A stretch of DNA of 64,000 nucleotides from assembly GCA_000934665.2 (NCBI GenBank), contig KZ537984.1:1-64000 (forward strand). Direction: 5' to 3'. Origin of the DNA: Catajapyx aquilonaris (Eukaryota). A program made the translations under genes and the position numbers. Within the stretch, counting starts at the first letter, position 1. The number at the start of each line of letters is the position of its first letter. Shown piece after piece: positions 1-12,930 of this stretch. The notes beneath the pieces were generated by a model. The model saw only the letters and a list, made by a program, of their open reading frames with translations, ran no database searches and was not told the DNA's origin.

Positions 1-284
1 ACAATAACGTGAGAATAGACAGACAACCTACAGGCAGAAGATAAGTCCTTATTTCTAGAAAACTTACTTGTGGCACCTATTACTTTCAACCCAGAACCAA
101 CTCTCCTGTCAATCTCCCCATCAATTCTACCATTACTCTCAAGGACACTACCCAGGTATACAAACTGGCTGACCTGCTCAACCAGTTTTCCTCGTACCTG
201 CAACGTACAAGGAGAAACCTGCTGTCCCCTCTCAAATACCAATACCTTAGTCTTATCTACGTTAATCCTCATACCCCTCTTTAC
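1..284 (-). mobile_element. 5'-truncated non-LTR retrotransposon (RTE-like LINE) fragment, C-terminal part of reverse transcriptase; continues beyond the window edge
   Basis: Manual minus-strand translation is open to position 1: KRGMRINVDKTKVLVFERGQQVSPCTLQVRGKLVEQVSQFVYLGSVLESNGRIDGEIDRRVGSGLKVIGATSKFSRNKDLSSACRLSVYSHVIV. It contains the LINE RT motifs G-x-x-I-N-x-x-K-T-K, F-x-Y-L-G-S and E-I-x-x-R in RTE-like spacing. It is absent from the ORF track because no stop lies in the window. Confidence 0.9.
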
Positions 285-689
285 CCGGCAATAATGTACA
301 AATACGTCATTTATATTATTCGTAGCTCTATTGCCTGAGACAAGAATCCCAACGCACAACTAACAGCAACTCGCCGGCGCGGCGGGATCGGGGGACTTGC
401 GCCGCGCCGGTACAGTGGCGTCCGCCTCGGCCGAGTAGAGCGGCACTATATGTGTGCGCTGCGACATCGGTTCACGTTTCGACGAAAATATCCGTAACCG
501 TTTATCGCAGAGAGATCATCGACATACCGTTCGAAAGCTGAAGGTGTGCACTCCAACTTCGGTTCCTACCATTTTGTCCACATCAATGACGGTTTTCGAG
601 CAGTGCGTAAAGTGTACACTTTCGATATATGTACTGCGAGTATAAATGGGATTTATTTATTTATAAGCTCACTTCATGTCAATTATGAT

Positions 690-954
690 ATTTTTAATTC
701 ACACCCAGTTCCTCCCTGACCATTTTGGCACCATTGGAGGTCATTGCGACGGATATTTTGAGAGTAAGGCCGGTATTTCTGTGATTTTGTGACTTACGCA
801 CTTTTTGCTCAAAATAACTATGACGCCGACGCCTCAGAGGCGGGGACTTTTGGGAGGTAGCTCCTATGGTACCAAGGTACATTTGTGCCAAAAATCAAAA
901 CTACCTTATTTATTTCAAGGTTTGCCTTAAAATTTGCTTATAATGCCTGGGCTA
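690..954. mobile_element. possible end of a non-autonomous DNA transposon (terminus ...AATGCCTGGGCTA, i.e. TAG-starting TIR, Academ-like)
   Basis: The segment ends in ttataatgcctgggcta, whose reverse complement begins TAGCCCAGGCATTA. This resembles from memory the TAG termini of Academ-type elements. No partner TIR was found in the window. Confidence 0.3.
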
Positions 955-2588
955 TTAGTGTCGAGGGGTTTAGCATTGGAAAATTTTGAGAAGCCAAAAT
1001 GCAATTTTCATAAGATGACGCAACGGTCATTCATTCAAAAGTTTCATGCAAAAGTGAACAATGAATGCAATGGGGGCAAAATAAATCCTTATTAATGGCT
1101 TACTCATAAATAAATTCAAATTAAACAAATACCCCCAGGGGGTAATATATAAATAAATAAATAAAATTAAACAAATGTATCTGACATGTGCAAGTAAATA
1201 TCAGAAAGTGCTTTGGGGGAGGGGGGAGGGGTAATCGAATTTTCCGTAAATTAGGGCAAATTTTATTACGGAGTTTCAACACTGGCGGTGCTGAATATCC
1301 GCAATATATACAGTATTGTCATTTCGGGTTAGGTAAAGAAGAGATTATACCTGATGGGAAACTTTCTTAGTCCAATATCGACCGAAATTATCTGGCAGCT
1401 TACACCTCTGTCACGTAATGTTAAACCTTTGCCAGGTTTTTGGATTATTGAACGCCTGTTTCCCAGACTATTGAGCCTTGGGAGCTACTCTAACAAAACA
1501 ATAACTTGTTTAAAAAATGCAACACCATTTTTATATGGTAAAAAGGCACTGTAACTGCAGCAATCGGAAGCACACACTGTTAAATATCAAATCGTGGTAA
1601 CGATGAGATAATGGGTACTGATTCTGGGTTGGTACATTATTTCCAAGATTTTAAATTGAAAAATGGAAAGCAATGTTTTTAATGCACACTGTACTACCAT
1701 GAAAAATATGTTATCAACCCAACCCGTTTAGTCTTCAGTCTATAGATAATAATCGGTTAATGAAGTTGTCTAAAAATTTTACAATACCTAACCATCCGGG
1801 GGAACACAGTGGAAAAAACCCCCTTCGGTGGCAACACCCCAGTTTTTACTTAAAATTTTATGAGTTTAACTCCCAACATTTTTCATTTCCACAGAGAAGA
1901 TGAAAATTTCATGCTAATTGCACCGCCACCCTCCTGAATAACTCACACCATACTAATGAACAAAGCTGGTTGCGGATCCCAAATATTTCAGCACACCTTT
2001 CTACAACATATAACTGTATGGATTTTTTTAAAAAAGCACTTAGTGTAAAACGTACAAACTAACACCGAGAGAGAAAACGTTTTACCAAGCAGATTAGTGC
2101 CGTTACAAAATTCACGCACAAAATTAATTACCAAGGCGTAATAACTCGGTACGGCACTGGCTTTATTTTAAAAGCGAACTGTTGGCCGTAAATCAGACAG
2201 TGTAATGCAACGGTGTAAATAATTTTCCTACTATACGAGTTGCTCATTGCCGCAACCAACAGGGGATTGGTTCGTGCTCACCCTTCCTCAAAAACTCTTC
2301 GTATTTATCACACGAGGCATATAGGGTACCGTACTTGGCGTGTGTGTGGTGCTGCCCCGAGTAATACAGGAAACTGGTTGAACTCACCCCCATCCCTCCC
2401 CCGACCCTTCTTTTCAAAGTGAAACAAGAGAGTTCGTGGCCAATCAATTTGGCCCCTGGGTGGACACGTTGGGTCGTCTTCACTTAGCCCTGATTTATGC
2501 GGGAGGTCTCAGATAATAAACAGAATCCGCTTCGGCCTGCGACTCGTCACGTTCGTGCTTGGAAGAGGAGGCAACCCCACACAGCACA

Positions 2589-2664
2589 CAGGGTGAGTCA
2601 AAAACATAACCACAGGCAGTGGCCCCAATAACAGAAGCACAAGCACAAGTTGTGACTCACCCTG
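2589..2664. mobile_element. 76-bp MITE with 12-bp perfect TIRs CAGGGTGAGTCA (Tc1/mariner-like)
   Basis: cagggtgagtca at 2589-2600 and tgactcaccctg at 2653-2664, followed by TA. The same TIR bounds the element at 41819-42029. Confidence 0.7.
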
Positions 2665-5600
2665 TACAACACACATACACAACGGATGTGTCCAGCTTTC
2701 AATGGTCATTTTCGGCCAGGGTTGTTGCGTAGAATCCTTTCACACTTGAGATAGCCTTTGCTATCTTAAGCCTGGCTCTGAGTTACGGCTGGCCAGCACG
2801 AGACATGTGCTGCGCTAATGTGCTTACTTTTATATACTGTCGGCTTATCTTTGCGTCAAACTTTACCTCGGTCGTTATCTACACGAGGTTTTAAAAAAGA
2901 ATCTATAGTCCCTTGTATTTTGGTTGAATTCACACTCGTCACTCGACTTTTAAAACTATCCACGCTCTGTTATTATGTGTGCCTGTATTCATGAATTTGC
3001 CTGCTTATCACCTGTATGCATGTCCAAAATGACCGTGACAAATTTCGGGTTGTGTACAAAATTTCGAGAACGTCACACACCTTGATAGACTGTAGTCGTT
3101 TCCTGCATATTTCAAGCCAGCACCGGTGTGGTAACAGGTTCGTTAAATAGCCTGGCGCTTTTTTCTCGGTTCAGACACAATCCATAAATTAATCTTCCGC
3201 AATTGTCCCAGCTGCCATTTTCACACGGCGTTTTCTAAGGCTACTTGATTCCTAATGCGGTGCAAAATAGAGAATAGCGAATTGTATTTTAACATTATAG
3301 CGAGTAATTGAAAGCCGGTGGGATTATACAGACAGCACAATTAAAGGAACGCCGCTGTTACGCATTTATTAAACACACTAATAAGTGGGTTGCGAATGAG
3401 CAGCTACAATGGTTGAAACGAGACCCCCTGGTATTTCTCATTAGCTCGGTAGGCAAAGAGAAAGGGGCAAAAGAGTCCGCGCTACACATACAAAACCACG
3501 GTGATGGTTGGCGATGGCAGGAGGGCATCAGCAGAAAGCATCGTGTTGAGGCAATAAGTCATGCTCTATACTTTGCCTGCAGCCACAATGACAGAAAAAA
3601 AAGAGAAGAACCGAGAGTACCTTTACCCTGAATTTTGGAGACTCCAGGCAATTGGGAAATTACAGAGCACCTGGCCCTCAGCCCTGGAGGCAACCTCCGG
3701 GCAATGGCTTTAATGGTGGGTGATGTGTCTTTTTAAAACGAGCAGATTGGAAACCCAAGGTTATCATTTACTACAGCCATTATGACCTGGAAACCTGACA
3801 TTAGTGAGCAGGCACAATTAAGTTACACTGCTGATCTCAAAGGCCTATCGGTTTCTGGTTCTCATGTTTTCACTGCTGATGAGGGTACTACACAGACCGC
3901 AAGAAACGATCGTGTAATAAGGCTATTACATAATCTGACAATGAAAGCAAGAGCTTCAAACTTAGTCGTTCTTAGCATGCCTGAACTATAGGATTTATGT
4001 TCCTTTACAGTAAAATATAAATGTAATGAACATACAGTATCTGCAGTAATGAAACAGGTGTATATAAGACATGTTGTAGAAGATATTAGGTATTGTAAAA
4101 GATGCATATAAATAGGAGGTTGCCCTTAATTTGGGTTCGTACTACCGAGTCTTAAGAGGTATCACCAATTTTATTACCGTGATTAATTCTAGAATTATTA
4201 GGTTCTGTATTTTTAGGGTGATGACTAATGCGGCTTAAATACCAAAGTGTTAGGCGAGAACATGGGAATCAGGAGGGGGCAAAAAAGCCAATATCGTTTG
4301 CACGATTCCCCTGGGGTTGAGTCGAATGACACGTAAAACGTATTTTTTATTATACGGAGCAGCTGTATAATACGAGCAGTTCCTAGATTTGACGTCCTCA
4401 GTAAGGCGATTTACTGCCGCTAATTAATTGTTATTGGCCCACCCCTTTTTTGTAATGACTTTTTTTGTGTTTAATTAATCAATTTGGAGTAATTAATTTG
4501 CTTTCGAATCCTCATTTATGCTTTCCATATAAATTCCTGGGCTGCCATCCAAGCCACTTCAACACATTATTGCCCTCCAATCTTGCTTATTCCCCGGAAT
4601 TATTGACAGAGTATGAATGCGAAATATTGGTTTGCTATAGTTGCAATGTACTGGGCTCTAAACATGAAATAATGCAGTATTTTACAGTAGAAAGTCATTA
4701 ACGTTAATGAGTCCCTTTGCACATGTGTGCACATACCTGGAAGAATTGCACGAATTTATTTTAATGAACTGAAATGTATACCTGCCACAGATTGTGCAAG
4801 TCTTCCATGCCACATAATCTTGAGTAGCATGTGAAATTGTACAGACAATGAAGTCCAAGTCATAATTTTGCCACCAGCCTTTCTTACATAGAGAAATACG
4901 TACACAAAAAAATAAGAGCGACCCAACCGCTGCGTCTGGTATGCTCCAGGATAGGACTTTGCCTAATCGGAAATTTAACGCTCTTAATGAATTTTGTGTC
5001 AAAATGTTCTTCGCCCTCTAGACTCTCCAACGGACGGAAGCCATGGGGACACCAAAGAAGCTTCTTTTCGGGATGCAATGACCAGCATCTGGCAAGCAGA
5101 AACCTATTCCCCAACCACCTATTAATCACCTCTGCTCAGACGTTTCTCCTAATGATTTGTACTATTGGATCCCTCTTTTTTCCTATTGTGCTGGCGGACA
5201 TTAGGCGATTATTACCTCTCCGCTCTGCTTCACCGAACGTCATTTTTCATACGGCACCTGATGCAATCTATTTCCTCGTCTGCTTGGAGAATATTCCCAT
5301 GCGTGAAAGGCACCGTACTTACAGAGTACATATTCATAGGACATGCTGAGTACACGGGGATATTATTACTTTATGGCTATGGTCATTACAGGCGGGCAGT
5401 TCCTGGAACTAATAGCACAACACTACAGCAAAAATCGCAAATAGGTTCCACGGTAATTAGCGGCACACGCGGCGTTTCGCCAATGTGCAAAAAATTATTG
5501 CTCTTGTGGTATTCTGGGTATTGATTAGTCAATCAGCCTTTACAGCCAACGTACACACAATTGCTGCAGTGTTAGTGGCTCGATTAGAAACAACTTAGAG

Positions 5601-8600
5601 AAGCGCAGCAGACATTGAGAATCTTCTCATGCACAGGAGCAATTTCGATAGTCCTAAATGATCAAGTGAATGCACCAACTGTGGCCAATAGCCAAAGAAG
5701 TGCTGGAATTGCTTAGCGAAAAGTTATAGCGGGTATCTACCGTGCATGCCTCTGTGCAGATTATGAAGGTACCACATTGAAATAATAAAAAAATATTAAT
5801 TTTCAGTACGGCTTATGTGCTTGTGGCACAGAGTGGCTTATACGTGACCGATGCACGAGGGGGTCATTTTTTTTACACCGAACCGTAGCAGCATTGTTGT
5901 CATCCCCGTGGAAGCTTATTGCTATATTATGCAGTCGCAAAATCAGGCCCAAATGTGAACTTTTACGCAAGATAATCTGCATTGAAATGCCATAACACGG
6001 ATATCGCATCCATTGGGAATGCACCTCATTCATTCCCCCCACTATAAGCTGTTTATGTTGATTGATTTTTCCGGGGCGCCCCTCTATATATATTAGACTA
6101 ATACCGGACCAAAACACCCGGGTATTACCTCCCAACTAAATAACTACATCCCAATGCTCAGCGGAAAGTCAGTGCCCTGAGAGCAGACCACCTGTCCATT
6201 CAGCTCAAGCCTTTTCCAGAGTATAGTGCACTTGTAAAGCCCAATCAATCGGAACCTGTAATCGCGCTTCTAGAGGCAAATCCCAGACAAAAAGGCCGCT
6301 CCACTCTGAGGGGGCAGGCCAAGAAATAAACAGCTCCGGGTAATTCGATTCCGTCAAAGAAGAAAGAAAGAAAAGGGGGGAGGTTTGTTGGGCAGGGGAC
6401 TATCGAAGTGTTTGATTGCTGTTAGGTAGAAAAAGAGTAAGGAAAGCCTGGGTGGAGAGAAAAAAAAAGACGAAAGAGAGAGGAAAGGGGAACACAGGAA
6501 AAGGTCTCGCGTGGCTTCTCAACGTTAGCGAGGATTTGTTGCTTCAAATGGCCACTACACCAAATGCAATTTTGTGATTCTTGCCCCTTGTGACGTGACG
6601 GCGCGGAGTTACGTCCAGACCAGCCGTTATTTCAGTCAGTGCGTGGCGGTCGCATTCAGATTACCGAATCTCGGCCGTTACAGATTAAACTTACGCGCCT
6701 TCCGCGAAGCCAGCCAATAAACATGTCCACCTCACCACAATGACCTATATGTCTGTGGGATATCATCTAAAACCAATATCGCATTAAGAAGTTACAACCG
6801 ATTGATACCAAAAAAAGAGAGATTCTGTTAAGAAATTATTAAAATATCACACCTTACTGGCAGGGGCCACCCAAGATGGCGTCTGTACACACGAAAAAAA
6901 CGCAACACAAAAAAAACCTAATCCAGGGGACGGTAATATAATTGGCCCATTTATGCCCCCCACATTAAACGGCTATGGGCGGGCATCGGGACGATAAAAA
7001 TAAATACCGGGCTGTGCCAGTGGCGTCAATTTCTGCGGGTTTCTGGATCGCCGATATGGCCTCACAACATGGCTACATCAAACTGCTGGTCCATTTGGGA
7101 CGATTAACAGCTGGTCATAGCGGCGGGGCCATTTGCAGAGGAGATAACGCGGCGACGTTTCATCCCAGCAGTAGCTCCCGGACTTTCCGATATCTTTTCC
7201 TGCTGCGGGGGTGTAGGCGCCGAATGGTTGGTATTTCCCTCGGATAAAAAAAACCGGGGGGGTTATTGTCTGAATCAAAGCTCGTGTATTTCGGCCCTCT
7301 AGGTCAATCAAACCCCGATGTATACAGGAATTTTCCTATACATTATCTTGTAGGTGAGTACACATGATAAATTATTCTTTACGGATCTATAAAAGCTGTA
7401 GAAGGTGGACAAAAATAGTGCATTGTATACGACTAAGCCCGTGCAAACTCTGCTTGAGTGTAGGTAAACAGATAAAAAAGTAACGACAGCTTTCACTCCC
7501 TGCAGGCCTGACACCTCTAAAGGGAATCCGTAAATATTTACAAACGCTCACTCGCATCAGGAAGTGGCGAGAACCATTAATCGCCATTAATGTGATGTTA
7601 ATTTTGTGGAAAATGCTATACGTATTCTGACGACTTATGCGTATATGAAACAAGTTTTGAAAATTCCCACGTACACTTTCATTGTCACTGGACTGGTTCG
7701 GACAAGGACCGCTTCCATGAAAGGCGCTGTCTGGCAAGCACTCTCGTAAAAAAGTATAACTTGGTCTGGCCCAAGTGACTCTCCTGCTGCTGGTGACGCC
7801 ACAAGCTAATTGGGAAGTAAAACAAGAGAGTGTGGGAACCATATCGTCGACCTTGGCCAAGTCTGCAGCGACATTGAATCAGTCTCTAGCTCTCCCCTTT
7901 AGCCAGTTTCCTCTCCCCCCTCTTCTGCCCTTCAGAGTCGAATTTCACGCCTGCACGGTCCAGAGAGCGGCAGTGTCCAGCCACATGTGCCTTCCTAGAC
8001 GGGTCATATTTAGCCGGACCCACGAGGAGGCTTGTCACACTGCCCCTATTAGAAAGGCACGGCCAATTTGCAGGAGTCGCACAGAGGACAGGAAACTCCA
8101 GGACAAAAATGTGTATTTTTTTTTGTCCGCAGGCGGTGCGTTTCCGCTTTTGTTGAGATCTGAGTACGCAACTTCTGAGGCTCCCCTCCGAGATTGCTGG
8201 GGAATGGAATGGAATGAAAAGGGTGGTGGTGGAATGAAGTGCGTGGGGGGTCCTATCCCCTCCCCCCCCCTTCAGTTTTCCCTTTCATTCCACCTTCTTT
8301 AGTGCGGCTCTCTCCTCGTTTTATCTGGATTGTCATAGCCTTACAGAAACAAAGAAGAAAACGGCTGTCGGCGAAATTTCGGTCCGATAAAAGCTAACTG
8401 GAACTCAAACAATTTGCATATATCATTAAGAATGCAGTGCTGAGTCACGGTTACTTTGCCCGGCCCAGTATGTCGCGGAATACGGCGCTGGCTGGTGCAA
8501 CTTATCGCCATTACCGAGCAGGGGTGCGGCGGAATATGGATGAGGTTTATAGACGAGGGGGCTTGTGGCGAAAATGGCCGGCTATATATTTCTGGTTAGA

Positions 8601-9648
8601 AGGGTAGGGGAGAACAAACGCGCGTGCCCCAATCTAGTATTCAAATGGCTCGCGGATGGCATGTTACCAATAATAACTCGGGGAATATTAACGCGCCGCA
8701 ATAAAAATTTTAACCGACGCGACGGGGGTTGACAAACCGGGCGTTGTGTTTCTAACAAACTCGAGCAAGAATTTCTGTGAGAGGGGCGTCAGGTGGTGCG
8801 TACATGTAACGGTAGTCAACCGCGACACCAATTAAGTCCAGCATAAGCACCCGGCATCCCACATACGTATTTCATGCATGTAACGGGAACCGTCTGACAA
8901 TAACAAATGGAGCCCATTTATCCATGTAGTGCATGATGCCCAGGGTGTGTACGTCCTAAAAACAAGGAACGTTTCAAGCAGCTTCTCTAGGCTGCTCGAG
9001 GGTAAGGAAACGAGCGATGACAGCCCGCGTTTGTCATCCGCCTTGTTAATTGGCACTTTATCGGCGAAGAGTGTGATGCATTGTCTGCGACGCACCCTGC
9101 GACACATTAGCCCCAGACGACACTCAGCCTGCACGCCTTTCCCGCTCGGGCTTGTCACCAACCTCCGAATGAGACGAGACATGTGTCCCCCCTCCATCCT
9201 CCATATGGACCTTGTTATACGGCAGCATCCGGAACAGCAAAAAAAAATCTGTAGGGGCGTCACACCATGCATGACTTGTGCATTATATAGGCACCATAGA
9301 CAACAAAACTAGGTGTGGGACGATGGCGTGACTTTCTTGCACACAAACTTGGTGACGCGGCAAACCTGCCTCGTTTTCGCCTTTGATCTCTCTCTTAATC
9401 TCTCCGGGGCGCCAGCTGCACCGGAACTTTTGTTTCCACGCATGCATAATGCAGTAATTATTACATGCAAAACCATCCACACATTTTTATTGTAATCAAA
9501 TGAGGCCCCGGTTGGTGTGGCGCGACTCTAATGTATTCGGGATCTTTCCTTATACACGCCCACATGATTTGCGATGAAGTCATGACAGCCAGGTGGACAA
9601 CAACGCAACTCTAGAATTTACGGAGCATATACGATGGCACGTGTACAC

Positions 9649-9708
9649 TGTACAGCGCAAGTACAGTACTAATAGTACTTACTAGCAGTACTGTACTTGC
9701 GCTGTACA
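9649..9708. repeat. perfect 22-bp inverted repeat (60-nt hairpin)
   Basis: tgtacagcgcaagtacagtact (9649-9670) is the exact reverse complement of agtactgtacttgcgctgtaca (9687-9708). The 16-nt spacer can itself partly pair (tagta/tacta). Confidence 0.95.
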
Positions 9709-12700
9709 CATGACATTGGCTACCGGTTTCCATCTTTCTCTCATAAGGATGTCGTCTTCCACCTCCAATGCATTCCTCCTGGCATGACGCAACCCAACCC
9801 ACACATAATACATGGACTTTATATAAATTAATACTACAATCGGTAACATCTACGCTTGTTGCGAACGACAAGGGAGGTTCGGTTTTCGGGAATTCTTGAT
9901 GATTTCTCTGATGACCTTCCGGCAGCAAACTGCTCCAGCTTCTCACGCCTGACCGCATGGCCAGGGGTCATCGAGGTGTTCACACCCAAAGAACTCTTCT
10001 TTTTTTCGGAGCTAAAAAGTAGCCAGACGGATGAGTGCAGATGCCCGGGAGCCACGGTTGCACATGGAGAAGGAAGGTCGCTCACCAAAAACCTTCATTT
10101 CCTCGAGGGGGTCAGACACGTTTACTTTGCGTGTCGGGTCAGGTGCGGAGAGAAGCAGAACTGCATCGGCGGTGCAAAAACTGACAAACTGGAAGGGATC
10201 AAGACCTGATGGGAAGCTTTTCGGAGCGGAAGAACATGTGCAAGGTTTTGCAGCAACCTTTCGTGCAGCACACATATTACGAGAAAAATTGGCAATAACG
10301 TGATAATTACCGGTGTCTGAAAGTGTGCCCCCAGCGCCGTCTGAACTTATTCCCGCTTAATTATTCCGTGATCAGCAACGGTAGAAGGGCATGTGACCCA
10401 CAAGGTCTTAAACACTCACTGTGGGTTACGATAATAATCAAGCCAGTGCGAAAGCAATTACCGTCTATAGCATTTTAAAAAGAATACAAGAACAATGTTA
10501 TTATTCTGCCTCTATATGTAAGGTCCTTGGCTGCAAAATCCAGCTCAGGTATTTTCCTCCTGATGGATGCCGCTTATTCGAGCCCCAAAGGCTCATACGC
10601 AAGGAGCATCAGTTGAACCATAACTTGCAGATAGCGTCAGATTATCTAGCAAGTGCAGCACATGAAAGTGCAGTCTCTTATAATCCTGTCGCGTCCAATA
10701 CATACATCTCTTTGGTCAAATCCCTCTTCCCGCGTATGTCGGAACATTTGCTCTCCTCTGACAGACGAGTCTCCGATTGTCAGTCCGCAAGTATTGGGAG
10801 ATAGAGAGAGCTCTTTGGGCTGCCAAAAGATCCGACCGGGTCTCATTAAAAGCTTATGGAACCCGACTGCTGTTGGAGCGGCAATTCCGGACGCCGGGGA
10901 GGTAATCACCATCAAAGGATAGAAAACCCGGGACATGCGAAAGCCCACTCGAAAATCCCAGCCCCTCTTTTCCCCTCCCTCTACACCGAAAAACGAGGTA
11001 AAAAAAAAGTCTGGTACTCGACGGAAAAGACCTGACCAACTAATGAGGGAATGGGAAAAAGGGGTATGCATTCGTATTCCTCTCCTCTTGGCTTATTGCG
11101 AAAAGCGAGACAAATGATGGAGCGCAATGAACGCCGTCCGATCAAGTTGCTGCTCAACCCCCCCTCCAGAGGACCTAATCCCCTCAGGATGAAAAGAAAC
11201 GGGGCACGATTGCAACCCCAGTGATTCACCACCAGCCCCTTCCATCCAGGGAACACTTCTCTTACTTCCCGCATTTGGAAATAAAGGGCTTAAGTTTAAT
11301 TGCTATGTGTCATGGAGTCTCCCCGGTTGTTTGCCATGGGAGTTGCTTGTCCATCCGCCCGTTCAAGTCTAACTGCACCGCCTCTTTACTGGGTGTAATT
11401 GGATTGGAAATTGGCGGATTATCGTCCCTTCCTTGCGACGCTGGCTCCCTCCACTTTTTTTTCGTGCGAAAAATTGCTGGTGTTTAGACATTAATTTGTC
11501 ACGATCTCAAAAGGGTGGATATCACATATTTCAATGAACCCAACAGTTGGAATTTTAAAATGCGTGGATGTTCAACAGGGTGGAAAGGGAAGTAGTTTGT
11601 CTTGCAATCACACGAAACCCGTTGGAAGCAACAATCAGCTTAATGACTTGCGATTGTTGTTTCTTTCCCCAAAATGCCAGGTTGCTTCAGAAAGATCTGT
11701 AGAACAACAAATATTTTCTTACAAATCAACACACATCATAGGAAGACATCATTAAGTTCATTAGGACCCGTTACTTTACTGTATGTTTAGAGGACATATT
11801 CCCAAATTAGTTGTTTTAATCAACTTGCCAAGTAATTGTGCTGTAATCACATTCCCGCCCCAGCGGGTGAGCTTTTTTTCTCTCTCTCTCGTTTTAAAGC
11901 CAGGAGTAATGATTTAGCTGGACACAAAAACCCTCGCTTAAGCCAATTCCTCTGAAACATTTGCATCAATCAGTTGGAGTAGGAAAGCTTCAACGCATCC
12001 GACAGTTAATTAGAGTACTTTCGCATGAACGTGCACTTACTGACCTGTCGTTCCAACAATGCGGATTGATTGCATTGAATTATTGAGTGTCCTGGGATCC
12101 TGGCTCTGTCTAATGCAGAAGTCCTGCTCCTAACACTGCTCCCAAAAATACTGTATAAATCACTGAAACATCTACAGCACATGTGACGCTTTCAAACGCA
12201 CTCTTTGGTGTGCAAATTCTGTGTATTAAATAGTGGAGATGGTTAGAGGTAGTCCTGCACACTTGATCGAATCGGCTTTGCACGCTTTTTCCTGCCAGAA
12301 GGGTGCGTTCTGCAAGTCAGAAGAGGGCTGGGCAGATGCTCTGTCAAGTGTGATATCAACTTTTATTCGTGGCTGCCATGCGTCTTTCCCTCAACTTAAT
12401 TCCACCCAGACTACAACACTCCCCGAGGGCTCCTTTCCTTTTGGAAGCTGCACCCATGTAAACGGGTATAATTACAAAACATGACACCGGACTTTTTTCT
12501 CTCCTTGTCTTTTGTTGTGTCACTGATCGAATGGGCTGTAAATCTATCTGTGGGCTGGGCTCTCTCTTGGGGTGGAGACGGGGGAAGGCATTATTTGTGG
12601 AGGTGGGTGGGGGAGGTGAACATTGAGACCAGGATAAGGGAGGGTGGCCGTCGTCGCAACAATGCCTGGTCCCCGCCGGGCAAAGACCAGATGGCGTTGA

Positions 12701-12836
12701 CACGGGGGTCACTTTGTTTGATGAGCTGCCCTTTTCCTACATCCCCCACCAGCCGTCGTACCTACTGACGCTGCATTGTCTTGGGTATTGGCTGGGGATA
12801 TCATTTCACCGCTCGACAAAACTTGCGTGAGAAGTT

Positions 12837-12930
12837 GTACTATGGGCGCCAAAAGAATTGACCGGATTTGATGGGTATATGGCGCTATATACCCATCAAC
12901 TCCGGTCAATTCTTTTGGCGCCCATAGTAC
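12837..12930. mobile_element. 94-bp near-perfect palindrome; probable foldback MITE (88 bp, 12840-12927) with TA target duplication
   Basis: Arms 12837-12880 and 12887-12930 are reverse complements with 1 mismatch in 44 bp, and the centre is ggcgct. Reading inward from TA, each end begins CTATGGGCGCCAAAAGAATTGACCGGA, which resembles Tc1-type TIRs. Confidence 0.75.

Noticed and set aside
70..294. 74-aa plus-strand ORF
   Set aside because: Antisense to the LINE RT frame.
3875..3910. Hammerhead-like CTGATGAG...GAAAC (also CTGATGA at ~23524, ~23803, ~55822)
   Set aside because: Stem II does not close directly onto GAAA and stems I/III could not be formed; the other sites lack GAAA.
7387..9312. 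Several 127-175-aa ORFs (7387..7860, 7775..8302, 8832..9272, 8929..9312)
   Set aside because: No domain motifs, they run through homopolymer tracts, and I found no phase-consistent splice pattern. The same applies to 14046-14821, 25081-25572, 40184-40684 and 42998-43459.
11308..11318. 11-nt match to the 5' end of miR-281 (TGTCATGGAGT)
   Set aside because: The 3' half does not match and there is no convincing hairpin.
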